A stretch of DNA of 64,000 nucleotides, taken from assembly GCA_026705025.1 (NCBI GenBank), contig JAPPBN010000045.1, positions 162,166 through 226,165 of the forward strand, read 5' to 3'. Of this stretch, positions 44,527-53,096 are shown piece after piece. Below the pieces are notes generated by a model that was not told the origin of the DNA, made no database searches, and worked only from the letters and a program-made list of their open reading frames with translations. Position numbers and translations under genes: made by a program. The first letter of the stretch is position 1. Each line of letters starts with the position of its first letter. The DNA is from Chloroflexota bacterium. GTDB taxonomy: Bacteria; Chloroflexota; Dehalococcoidia; Bin125.

Positions 44527-45951
44527 ATGACCGAAATCTACGAGCTCTCGGCCCGAGAGTTACGAGCCGGGTACGAGGCTCGCACATTCTCGCCGGAGGA
44601 GGTCGTGGTAGCGATGTTCGAGCGCATCGATGCGCTCGAACCGTCGCTGAATGTGTTCATCAGTCAGACTCGGGACCTGGCGCTTGAGCAGGCGCGCGAC
44701 GCCGCTCTGGCGTGGCGCTTGCGAGACGGGAAGCAACTGCCTCCGTTGCTCGGCGTCCCGATCACGATCAAGGATCTCGTTGACGTTCAGGACGTTCCAA
44801 CGACGATGGGATCGCTGGTCACCGACCACCGGCCGGCACCGAGCGACGAGTTGTTTGTCGAGCGGCTGCGTGAGGCAGGCGCCGTCTTCCTCGGCAAGAC
44901 CAACACGTCCGAGTTCGGGCTGGCGGCGCAGACCATGAATCGACTGGGGCCGCCGACGGCGAATCCATGGAATCTTGAGCGGACCGCCGGTGGTTCGAGT
45001 GGCGGTGCTGCAGCGGCGTGCGCCGCCGGCTATGGGCCGCTGCATCACGGTACCGATGGCGGCGGGTCGGTCAGAGTCCCGGCGGCATTTTGCGGTGTGG
45101 TTGGTCTGAAGCCGACCGGTCGCCGGATTCCCCGGCGAACGCGCGGGGCCGGGATGTCGCAGATCTCCACTGACGGTGTGCTGGCTCGAACGGTGGCCGA
45201 CGCGGCCCTGATGGTTGATGTGATGGCCGGCTCGGAGGAATGGAACCCCCATGTCAAGAACACCCGTTCCGAGCCGGCTATCGCCACAGTATCCGAACGA
45301 GGGTTCGATGTACAGGGGCTGCGGGTTGCGTGGACGACACAGCTCGGTTGGCCGACTCCCTGTGAACGGCTGATTGCGGAGCGAGCCAAGGTCGCGGGGG
45401 AGATGTTGCAAGCCGCCGGCGCCGAGGTGGTCGAGGCGACACCAGAGATCTCTGATCCGAATGAGATTTTCCCGACGCTCTCGGCCGTCGGCGCGGCTGC
45501 CAACTACGGCGAGATGTGCGTCGGACGGGAACAGGAACTGAATGACTACACGCTCGGCAGTCTTCGACGCGGGCGCTCGTTGACCGGGATTCGGGTCGCG
45601 GAGGCCTATGCGGCGCTCGATCGGCTGTCCCGAGCGATGGACGCCTGGTTCGATGATTTCGACGTGCTGCTGACGCCGACCAGCGCGATCGCCGCCCATC
45701 CGCACGGAGCGGTCATTGACGAGATTGCCGCGACGTCGGTCACGCCCTGGACGATCTCAATCCTGTACACGCCCCTGGCCAACCTCATTCAGGCGCCTGC
45801 AATTGCGATGCCGGCGGGGCTTGACGGCGACGGACTGCCAGTATCGGTCCAGCTGATTGCCCGGGAAGGCAACGACGACCTCGTCCTCCGTTGCGCGGCC
45901 GTCCTGGAAGAGGCGGGCTTGAACAACGCTAGTCCTCTAGCACCAGTGTGA
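44527..45951 (+). CDS. Amidase (amidase-signature family)
   Basis: Signature GGSSGGAAAACAAG and Lys/Ser/Ser context; 474 aa. ATG immediately after the peptidase stop codon. Confidence 0.85.
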   Translation: MTEIYELSARELRAGYEARTFSPEEVVVAMFERIDALEPSLNVFISQTRDLALEQARDAALAWRLRDGKQLPPLLGVPITIKDLVDVQDVPTTMGSLVTDHRPAPSDELFVERLREAGAVFLGKTNTSEFGLAAQTMNRLGPPTANPWNLERTAGGSSGGAAAACAAGYGPLHHGTDGGGSVRVPAAFCGVVGLKPTGRRIPRRTRGAGMSQISTDGVLARTVADAALMVDVMAGSEEWNPHVKNTRSEPAIATVSERGFDVQGLRVAWTTQLGWPTPCERLIAERAKVAGEMLQAAGAEVVEATPEISDPNEIFPTLSAVGAAANYGEMCVGREQELNDYTLGSLRRGRSLTGIRVAEAYAALDRLSRAMDAWFDDFDVLLTPTSAIAAHPHGAVIDEIAATSVTPWTISILYTPLANLIQAPAIAMPAGLDGDGLPVSVQLIAREGNDDLVLRCAAVLEEAGLNNASPLAPV

Positions 45952-46705
45952 CCGGGGCGTGGTCGGATGGTTTGTCGCCGTCGCCCTCCATCCGTCGCTC
46001 TTCAACGTCGATCTCGACTGCAGCAGCGCGCTCCACGAGCGGCGCGCTAATCAGGTGATGGTCAATCCGTAGTCCGTTGCCTTGCATGACGCCGCCGGTG
46101 CGGTAGTCCCACCAGGTGTAGACGCCTGCAGATTCGTCGAACATCCGCAATGCGTCCGTGAGGCCCCAATCGATCAATGCGTTGAGTCGCTCTCGTTCCG
46201 GCGTCGAGCAGAGGATTCGTTCGTGCCAGAACTCGGGATCGTTCACGTCGCGGTCATCGAAGGTGATGTTGTAGTCGCCGGTGAGCACCAGGTCGGCAGA
46301 CACATCTTGCCCGTCGAGCCATGAGCGGAGGCGGTCGAACCATTCCAGCTTGTAGTGATACATTTCATGGCCGACCTCGCGGCCGTTGGGGCAGTACAGG
46401 CTGACCACGCGCACGCCGTTGACTTCAGCTGCGATGCCGCGGGAATGTTCGTCCTCGGGCCAGGGCACTGCTTCCTCGACCCAATCCGGATAGTCGAGGG
46501 AGAGAATCGCGACGCCGTTGTAGGACTTCTGTCCATGTAGAACGACGTTGTAGCCGAGCGCGTCGAAGCCGTCGAAGGGGAATTGCTCCTCGGTGCACTT
46601 GAGTTCTTGCAGGCAGAGCACGTCGGGCTGGTGCTGGTCGAGCCAGTTGAGGACGCGGTCTTCGCGCGCCCTGATCGAGTTCACGTTCCAGGTCGTGATT
46701 TTCAC
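45929..46705 (-). CDS. xth: Exodeoxyribonuclease III (AP endonuclease, Xth family)
   Basis: MKITTWNVNSIRAR…LCLQELK…; catalytic …DHHLIS…, …SDHAPV…; 258 aa. Confidence 0.9.
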   Translation of the reverse strand: MKITTWNVNSIRAREDRVLNWLDQHQPDVLCLQELKCTEEQFPFDGFDALGYNVVLHGQKSYNGVAILSLDYPDWVEEAVPWPEDEHSRGIAAEVNGVRVVSLYCPNGREVGHEMYHYKLEWFDRLRSWLDGQDVSADLVLTGDYNITFDDRDVNDPEFWHERILCSTPERERLNALIDWGLTDALRMFDESAGVYTWWDYRTGGVMQGNGLRIDHHLISAPLVERAAAVEIDVEERRMEGDGDKPSDHAPVTLVLED

Positions 46706-47484
46706 GTGGCGCTCCTCTCGTGAACCCTCTCATACGCATGATGAAGGATGATGCCGGCGGCCACATTGACGTTGAGCGATTCGACGCCTTCGCCGATCGG
46801 CACGGCGATACGCGCATCGATCAGGTCGTCAAACTGCTTCGCGACACCTGCACCTTCATTGCCGAAGATCCACACGATCTTTGACGGCAGCTTCTGTTCC
46901 CGCAGCGGTGCGCCTCGCTGGTCGGCCGCCCAGACGGCCGCGCCCTGTTGACGGAGTTCGGTGACGTCAGTGAGCAGGTCCACTGAGCGACTAATCCGGA
47001 CGTTGAACCATGCGCCGGTAGCCGCACGCGTGACCCTGGGGTGGGTGGGATCGGCACTACCCGGCCCGACCAGCACCGAGTCGACGCCGAATGCTGCGGC
47101 GGAGCGGATGATCCCTCCGACGTTGCCGGCGTCCTGGATGGCGTCCAGTGCGACGACTTGCCAGCGGTCGGACGATCGGATCTGGAGCTCGCCGAGCTGA
47201 TCGCGAATCAGCGCGAAGTGCCCCTGCGGCGTCCGCGTGTCCGAGAGTCGCTCGGCGTCTGCCTGACTTAGCGCTGTGAGCGGTAGATCGGCGTTCTGCC
47301 AGAGTTCGGGAGTCGTTGACAGGATCTCTACGATCGGCGCGCCGGCATCGATTGCGTCGTGGACGAGCTTCTCGCCATCGATCAGAAAGAGTCGCTGTGC
47401 GCGTCGCTCGCGAGCGGTCCTGAGCTTCTGTAGTTGGCGCAGGCGGGCGCGCGTGAGGGGCTGGACCGCGTCCTGGTCGCTCAC
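46702..47484 (-). CDS. RNA 2'-O-methyltransferase, SpoU/TrmH family (RlmB-like, with N-terminal substrate-binding domain)
   Basis: Motifs DAIQDAGNVGGIIRSAAAFG, IFGNEGAGV, ESLNVNVAAGIILH. Its stop overlaps the xth start by 4 nt. Confidence 0.85.
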   Translation of the reverse strand: MSDQDAVQPLTRARLRQLQKLRTARERRAQRLFLIDGEKLVHDAIDAGAPIVEILSTTPELWQNADLPLTALSQADAERLSDTRTPQGHFALIRDQLGELQIRSSDRWQVVALDAIQDAGNVGGIIRSAAAFGVDSVLVGPGSADPTHPRVTRAATGAWFNVRISRSVDLLTDVTELRQQGAAVWAADQRGAPLREQKLPSKIVWIFGNEGAGVAKQFDDLIDARIAVPIGEGVESLNVNVAAGIILHHAYERVHERSAT

Positions 47485-47509
47485 GACGCCCGCCGCTGGC
47501 CTCTCCGGT

Positions 47510-48361
47510 TTAGCCGCCGTTGAACTCAGCCTTCACCTCGTTGTAGCGGTCGAGGAGGGGAATCACTGTGTCGGCCTCAGCGGGAGGCAGGCCGAAGATG
47601 ATTCGCTGGAAGCCGATGTCGATCAGATCCTGGACCTGCTTTGGGTCGGGTCCGACGCCGAAGACGGTGCGGTTGATTGTTTCGAAGTCGCGATCGGCAC
47701 GGTCTGCGGCGGCGCGCAGCTGTTCCATGTCGGCCCGCATGTCTCCGCGCAAGGCGATCGGGAGCCAGCCGTCGCAGTAATCGACGACGCGATCGAATGC
47801 CCATTTGGATTGCGCCCCAAGCAGGATGTCGGGGCCGTTCTCCTGGGCCGGCTTGGGGTAGCTCCAGACCGGGTCGAAGTCGATGAATTCGCCGTGGAAC
47901 TCGGGCTCATCCTGGGTCCAGAGCTCGCGCCAGGCCAGCACAATCTCGCGGGTCACCTTCCAGCGGTCCTTGAAGTTCCAGCCGTGGTTCTCGAGCTCTT
48001 CCGCGTTCCAGCCCGCGCCGATGCCGAGAATCAGGCGTCCGCCGGAGATCATGTCAAGCGAGGCCGCGGACTTCGCCGAGACAATCACGTCGTGCTCTGG
48101 AACCAACAGGATGCCGGTTCCAACCTTGATCGTCTCCGTGGCAGCGGCGGCGGCCATCAACGAGACGAAGGGGTCGTGCGTGTGCCAGTACTCCTGGGGC
48201 AGGTCGCCGCCACCCGGCCAGGGCGAGATCCTCGAGGTGGGGATATGCGTGTGCTCAGGGAACCAGAGCGACTCGAAACCGCGCGCTTCCACTTCTCGCC
48301 CCAGTTCGGGCGGCTGGATCGCGTAGTCGGTCGGGAACATCGATACGCCGAAGTCGGTCAT
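47510..48361 (-). CDS. LLM-class F420-dependent oxidoreductase
   Basis: 283 aa luciferase-like barrel (…GFESLWFPEHTHIP…GRLILGIGAGW…) resembling the F420-dependent subgroup. Confidence 0.8.
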   Translation of the reverse strand: MTDFGVSMFPTDYAIQPPELGREVEARGFESLWFPEHTHIPTSRISPWPGGGDLPQEYWHTHDPFVSLMAAAAATETIKVGTGILLVPEHDVIVSAKSAASLDMISGGRLILGIGAGWNAEELENHGWNFKDRWKVTREIVLAWRELWTQDEPEFHGEFIDFDPVWSYPKPAQENGPDILLGAQSKWAFDRVVDYCDGWLPIALRGDMRADMEQLRAAADRADRDFETINRTVFGVGPDPKQVQDLIDIGFQRIIFGLPPAEADTVIPLLDRYNEVKAEFNGG

Positions 48362-48431
48362 CCTGTGTCCTGTCTGCTTGTGTCGGATCGTTCGCGATTG
48401 AGGATATCGCCTGCCTCGGTCTGCCCGGGAT

Positions 48432-48968
48432 TCAGATGGTCAACCCGCCGAGGCCGAGCAGGCCGCGGGCGTGTTCGATCTCGCCGACGTGTCGGAAGCC
48501 GTGGTAGAGGAGCATGCCCGTGAGGGCCTGCCAGATGGTCATCGGCGGGGTTGGGCGGATGACGATCTCTTCAGAGAGGTCATTCTCGGTCAGGGTCGAG
48601 ACCCATTCGCGCGTGACGACCCACACTCCCTGCTGGTAGGTGAGCCAGGCGTCAACGTCATTGAGCTGGACGGCGTCGGCTTCCTCTTTGGTCATGCCGG
48701 TGCCCTGTGAGGTTCGGTGCAGGCCGAAATGCTGATCCCATTCGCCGTCGAGCCAAACCGTTGGACGGCGATGGACAACCCAGTTCACGATGTTGTCCTC
48801 TGTCCGGACGTAGTGCCAGAGCGAGAAGAAGGCGCTGACGCCGTCGCTGGCGGGACGGGCGTTCCAGTGGTCGGCGGTCATGTCCGGGACGGCGCGGTCG
48901 AGCATGGCGTGCATGCCGTCGAGGCCTTCCTGGATCACTTCCAGTTGCGAGAGGGGCATCGGACTCAT
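48432..48968 (-). CDS. DinB/DinB_2 superfamily protein (second copy)
   Basis: …FFSLWHYVRTEDNIVNW… and C-terminal …MLLYHGFRHVGEIEHARG… His-rich motifs. Similar in pattern to 13894..14424. Confidence 0.72.
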   Translation of the reverse strand: MSPMPLSQLEVIQEGLDGMHAMLDRAVPDMTADHWNARPASDGVSAFFSLWHYVRTEDNIVNWVVHRRPTVWLDGEWDQHFGLHRTSQGTGMTKEEADAVQLNDVDAWLTYQQGVWVVTREWVSTLTENDLSEEIVIRPTPPMTIWQALTGMLLYHGFRHVGEIEHARGLLGLGGLTI

Positions 48969-49034
48969 CCTCCACCTGATTCGGTCGCCCGTTGATCATA
49001 AGCTGAGCAAAGCGTCCAGCGCGAGGAGAGTGCC

Positions 49035-49340
49035 ATGGCCAGCGGAGTCCAGCCCGACGAATACCGCGAGATGCTGCGGCACGGGACGATGTCGGTGGGT
49101 TTGTACACACCGCATGAAGTGGACAAGCAGAGTCCACATAATCAGGACGAGGTGTACATCGTGGCGTCGGGCACGGGCGTGTTCGCGCTGGGAGAGCAGC
49201 GCATGGCGTGTGGTCCGGGCGATACCTTTTTCGTCGGCGCGGGCGCTCGGCACCGGTTCGAGGAATTCAGCGACGACCTAGCGGTCTGGGTCGTGTTCTA
49301 CGGGCCCGAGGGCGGGGAACACGGTTCTGGGGCGGAATGA
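49035..49340 (+). CDS. Cupin-domain protein
   Basis: 101 aa; two-motif cupin pattern (…PHNQDEVYIVASGTG… and …GPGDTFFVGAGARH…). Confidence 0.7.
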   Translation: MASGVQPDEYREMLRHGTMSVGLYTPHEVDKQSPHNQDEVYIVASGTGVFALGEQRMACGPGDTFFVGAGARHRFEEFSDDLAVWVVFYGPEGGEHGSGAE

Positions 49341-49816
49341 TGGCCGAGGACACATCCGGAGCGCGATTGGCTTACGACATCGCGTTCTGGCGACTTCGTG
49401 AGCAGATCGCGTACGGCAGATCGCTTGACTCGAAGCTCGGCAGCGCGTTTGCTCTCAGCGCGGCGATGATTGCCCTCCTGGGATCGGCGTTGATCTTTGC
49501 TGCGCCGGTGGAACAAGTTGGCGTTGAAGCGGCGGTGGTTTCAGCGGCGAGTGTGTTCATTGCCAACATCGTCGTTTCGACTGCGGCGCTGCTAATCGGT
49601 CATATGAGCGTAGGTCCGGCTTCTGAAGAAATCGTGAACGAGGTCGCAATCGGTGACGATGAAGTTCCTTGGCAACGGACAGCCGAGTATCTGGCGGTCG
49701 CAGAGCAGCGCAACGAGCGGGTACTGCGGATCAAGTCTTGGTTGGTCGGCGCGGCGTTGCTGCTGACGGCTGCTACGACAATCGCTATTGCAGCGGCCGC
49801 GATTCTTGCTGTCTAG
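49337..49816 (+). CDS. Hypothetical membrane protein (2-3 TM)
   Basis: ATG overlapping the cupin stop (ATGA); hydrophobic helices AFALSAAMIALLGSALIFAAPV, VVSAASVFIANIVVSTAALLIG and a C-terminal helix. The upstream part of the track ORF (start 49208) is Arg-rich junk. Confidence 0.5.
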   Translation: MMAEDTSGARLAYDIAFWRLREQIAYGRSLDSKLGSAFALSAAMIALLGSALIFAAPVEQVGVEAAVVSAASVFIANIVVSTAALLIGHMSVGPASEEIVNEVAIGDDEVPWQRTAEYLAVAEQRNERVLRIKSWLVGAALLLTAATTIAIAAAAILAV

Positions 49817-49958
49817 CCTTCCGCTCCCGCCACCAATCGCGCACAATGAAGTACAGAGTCCAAGGCGGCTCGACGCCCATCAACCGGACGGTTTCCCGCT
49901 CCGTTTCAGGTGGGTGCGCCTTGGGCTTCTGGTTGTCCGTGGGTTTGGCGGTTGCCAT
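49785..49958 (-). CDS. Candidate small ORF (57 aa): MATAKPTDNQKPKAHPPETERETVRLMGVEPPWTLYFIVRDWWRERKARQQESRPLQ
   Basis: Minus-strand ATG at 49958 with a strong GGCGGAGG Shine-Dalgarno 7 nt upstream, about 50 nt downstream of the PPOX gene stop. Overlaps by about 30 nt the 3' end of the convergent membrane gene. No homology recognised. Confidence 0.2.
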   Translation of the reverse strand: MATAKPTDNQKPKAHPPETERETVRLMGVEPPWTLYFIVRDWWRERKARQQESRPLQ

Positions 49959-50008
49959 ATCGGTACCTCCGCCTGACTGTACGTCCATGTTACCCAGACG
50001 CGGCCGCC

Positions 50009-50488
50009 TCAGTAGACGCCGCCGAGCTTTTCGTGATCCCAGCTGTAGACGCGGGTGGGGTTGATGCGCACGACGGCTCGCTTGGAGGCCTGACGGACTC
50101 GTTGTTCGTCGTCCATGGGAGTTGAGGAGCGGCCCTGGGCGTTGGGGTTTCGCTTTTCTCCAGTGGCGTCCTGGACGGCCATGACGAGCTGCGGGTCGTT
50201 CTCGATCACGTCGGCTTCGCCTTCGATCACGAGGCCCTTGATCTTCGAATACTCGACGCCCGACTCGAGCATCACCGTGATCCGTGGGTCGCGCTTGAGG
50301 TTGAGCACCTTTTGCGCCTTGGCGTAGGTGGTGAAGTGGATCTTGTCGTCGATCACGCCGTACCACATGGCGACCATGTGGGGGAATCCGTTATTGCCGT
50401 TCGAGGCGACCTGCAGTGTCCAGCCGGTCTCGATGAATTCTTTAGCTTCCTCGTCGGTCATGGCGATCATGTTGCGTCGACTGGGCAT
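50009..50488 (-). CDS. Pyridoxamine 5'-phosphate oxidase-family (PPOX-class, probable F420/FMN-binding) protein
   Basis: 159 aa split-barrel pattern (…GWTLQVASNGNNGFPHMVAMWYGV…VMLESG…). Confidence 0.8.
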   Translation of the reverse strand: MPSRRNMIAMTDEEAKEFIETGWTLQVASNGNNGFPHMVAMWYGVIDDKIHFTTYAKAQKVLNLKRDPRITVMLESGVEYSKIKGLVIEGEADVIENDPQLVMAVQDATGEKRNPNAQGRSSTPMDDEQRVRQASKRAVVRINPTRVYSWDHEKLGGVY

Positions 50489-50523
50489 GGGTGCTCCGAT
50501 TCAGATCTTGCGGTGTTGGCAGT

Positions 50524-51912
50524 CTAGGGGCGGGTCATCTCTTCAGGCTTGACCCACTCGGCGAACTGTTCTTCGGTGAGGAGGCCGAGTTCGAGGCCGG
50601 CGGAGAGGAGGGTGCCGTTGTCGGCGTGCGCCTTCTTGGCGATGGCGGCGGCGTTGTCGTAGCCGATGTGCGGGTTGAGCGCGGTGACCAGCATGAGCGA
50701 GGAGCGCATCAACTCGTCGATTCGGCCGTAGTTGGGTTCGATCCCGACGACGCAGTTGTCGGTGAAGGAGACGGCGGCGTCGCCGAGCAGCTTGATGCTC
50801 TGCAGGTTGTTGAAGGCCATCACCGGCTTGAACACATTGAGCTCGAAGTGGCCGTTGGAGCCGCCGACCGAGACCGCGACGGCGTTGCCCATCACCTGGG
50901 CGCAGACCATCGTCAGCGCTTCGGACTGAGTTGGGTTGACCTTGCCGGGCATGATCGAAGAGCCGGGCTCGTTGGCCGGGAGCACCAGCTCCCCGAGACC
51001 GGCACGAGGACCGGAGCCGAGCATGCGCACGTCGTTGGCGATCTTCATCAGCGAGACGGCGATCGTGTTGAGCACGCCGGCCAGCTCGACCTGGGCGTCG
51101 TGGGCGGCGAGCGCCTCGAACTTGTTCGGCGCGGTGACGAACGGCAGGCCGGTGAACTCGGCGATCTCCTCGGCGACTTTGACGGCGTAGTCGGGGTGCG
51201 AGTTGATCCCGGTGCCGACGGCGGTGCCGCCCAGGGCCAGTTCGTAGAGGCGTGGCAGCGTCTGCTCGGCGCGCTTGATGCCGTAGGCGACCTGCTGGAC
51301 GTAGCCGCTGAACTCCTGACCCAGCGTCAGCGGGACCGCGTCCATAACGTGCGTGCGTCCGATCTTGACGATCTCAGCCCATGCGTCGGCCTTGGCCTGC
51401 AGCGCGTCGTGGAGGTAACGCAGGCTGGGGATCAGGTGTTGGACGGTTTGCTCCGCCGTGGCGATTGCCATGGCGCCGGGGAAGACGTCGTTGGACGACT
51501 GCGACATGTTGACGTGGTCGTTGGGGTGGACCGGCGACTTCGAGCCGATTTCGCCGCCGAGCAGTTCGATGGCGCGATTCGAGATCACCTCATTGGCGTT
51601 CATGTTCGACTGTGTGCCTGAGCCCGTCTGCCAGACGACGAGCGGAAAGTGATCGTCGAGATCGCCGTCGATGACCTGTTGTCCGGCGGAGCGGATGGCG
51701 TCAGCGAGCTCGGAGTCCAGACGGCCGAGCTTCTGGTTGGCGCTAGCCGAGGCGTGCTTGACGATGCCCATGGCTCGGAGGATCGAACGGGGCATGCGCT
51801 CTCCGCCGATCTTGAAATTCTCCAGTGATCGCTGGGTCTGCGCGCCCCAATAGCGGTCGGCGGGAACCTCGATGGTTCCCATCGTGTCGGATTCGACTCG
51901 GATCTGGCTCAT
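50524..51912 (-). CDS. fumC: Fumarate hydratase class II
   Basis: Signature [11 protein letters not shown] and the class II fumarase fold; 462 aa. Confidence 0.92.
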   Translation of the reverse strand: MSQIRVESDTMGTIEVPADRYWGAQTQRSLENFKIGGERMPRSILRAMGIVKHASASANQKLGRLDSELADAIRSAGQQVIDGDLDDHFPLVVWQTGSGTQSNMNANEVISNRAIELLGGEIGSKSPVHPNDHVNMSQSSNDVFPGAMAIATAEQTVQHLIPSLRYLHDALQAKADAWAEIVKIGRTHVMDAVPLTLGQEFSGYVQQVAYGIKRAEQTLPRLYELALGGTAVGTGINSHPDYAVKVAEEIAEFTGLPFVTAPNKFEALAAHDAQVELAGVLNTIAVSLMKIANDVRMLGSGPRAGLGELVLPANEPGSSIMPGKVNPTQSEALTMVCAQVMGNAVAVSVGGSNGHFELNVFKPVMAFNNLQSIKLLGDAAVSFTDNCVVGIEPNYGRIDELMRSSLMLVTALNPHIGYDNAAAIAKKAHADNGTLLSAGLELGLLTEEQFAEWVKPEEMTRP

Positions 51913-51954
51913 GTTCAGTCCTCAGCGGGGTCTGGGCGTTCTCGTTGTTCGATC

Positions 51955-52005
51955 TTGGACGATTTTGTGCGATTTTGGACGATTCGGGACGGTTGTTGGA
52001 CGACT
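51955..52005. promoter_or_regulatory. Three direct repeats TTGGACGAYT spaced about 20-21 bp apart, upstream of fumC
   Basis: ttggacgatt at about 51955, ttggacgatt at about 51975, ttggacgact at about 51996. They lie in the 114-bp gap between the mdh stop and the fumC start, in phase with two helical turns; a candidate operator array. Confidence 0.35.
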
Positions 52006-52026
52006 TCGGCCGGTGGATGTCCGGGA

Positions 52027-52974
52027 TTATCCGCCGTTGTGTTGGCTGAGACGGGCCATGTCGTCAACCAGACCCTGGACGGCGTCGGCGGAGTGATTGA
52101 GCTGAGACTGCTCCTCGTCAGTGAGGCTGATTTCGAGGATCTGCTCGATGCCGTTCCGGCCCAGCACGACAGGCACGCCGATGAAGAGACCGTCGACACC
52201 GTACTCACCGTTGAGCAGCGCGGCGCAGGGTAGGATGCGGCGCTTGTCGAGCGCGATCGCGTCGACCATCTGGGCGACGGCGGCGGACGGCGCGTAGAAG
52301 GCGGAACCCGTCTTGAGCAGGTTGACGATCTCCGCGCCGCCGTCGCGGGTTCGCTGAATGATCTGGTTGAGCTGGTCCTGAGGCAGCAGTTTGGTGATCG
52401 GGATGCCGGCGGCGGTGGTGTAGGAGGCGAGCGGGACCATGGTGTCGCCGTGGCCGCCGAGGACGAAGGCGTTGATGTCTTCGACGGAGACGTTGATCGC
52501 CTCGGCGAGGAAGGAGCGGTAACGGGCGGTGTCGAGAATGCCGGCCATGCCGACGACGCGCGAGCTGTCGATGCCGGCGGCGTCGTAGGCGACGTGGCAC
52601 ATGGCGTCGAGCGGATTGGAGACGACGACGATTGTCGCGTCCGGTGATTCGGCGATCGCGGCGCGTGTGACGGAATCGACGATGCCCATGTTGATCTGCA
52701 GCAGGTCGTCGCGCGACATGCCCGGTTTACGGGCGACGCCGGAGGTAATCACGACGATGTCGGAGCCGGCGGTCGGGCCATAGTCGGTCGCGCCGGTGAT
52801 GCAGGAGTCGACGCCAATGACGGGGGAGGCTTCGTACATGTCGAGCGCTTTGCCCTGGGGCAGGCCGTCGACGATGTCGACCAGGACGATGTCGGCGTAA
52901 CCGCGCTCGGCGAGTCGTTGGGCGGTGGTCGCGCCGACGTTTCCGGCTCCAATGACGGTCACCTTCGTTCGCAT
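52027..52974 (-). CDS. mdh: Malate dehydrogenase (LDH-like type)
   Basis: N-terminal [12 protein letters not shown] Rossmann motif and the catalytic region …NPLDAM… / …GGHGDTMVP… typical of LDH-like MDH; 315 aa. Preceded by GAAAGG. Confidence 0.92.
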   Translation of the reverse strand: MRTKVTVIGAGNVGATTAQRLAERGYADIVLVDIVDGLPQGKALDMYEASPVIGVDSCITGATDYGPTAGSDIVVITSGVARKPGMSRDDLLQINMGIVDSVTRAAIAESPDATIVVVSNPLDAMCHVAYDAAGIDSSRVVGMAGILDTARYRSFLAEAINVSVEDINAFVLGGHGDTMVPLASYTTAAGIPITKLLPQDQLNQIIQRTRDGGAEIVNLLKTGSAFYAPSAAVAQMVDAIALDKRRILPCAALLNGEYGVDGLFIGVPVVLGRNGIEQILEISLTDEEQSQLNHSADAVQGLVDDMARLSQHNGG

Positions 52975-53096
52975 GAGTCCGGACCTTTCAGGACACGGGC
53001 AGCCACACCCGCGGGATACATGTCGGGGTCAGTTCAATTGTTATCCGATGGCAGGCTTTGGGTCTGCCACGTGAATGGCGGAGGAGGTGGGCCGAA

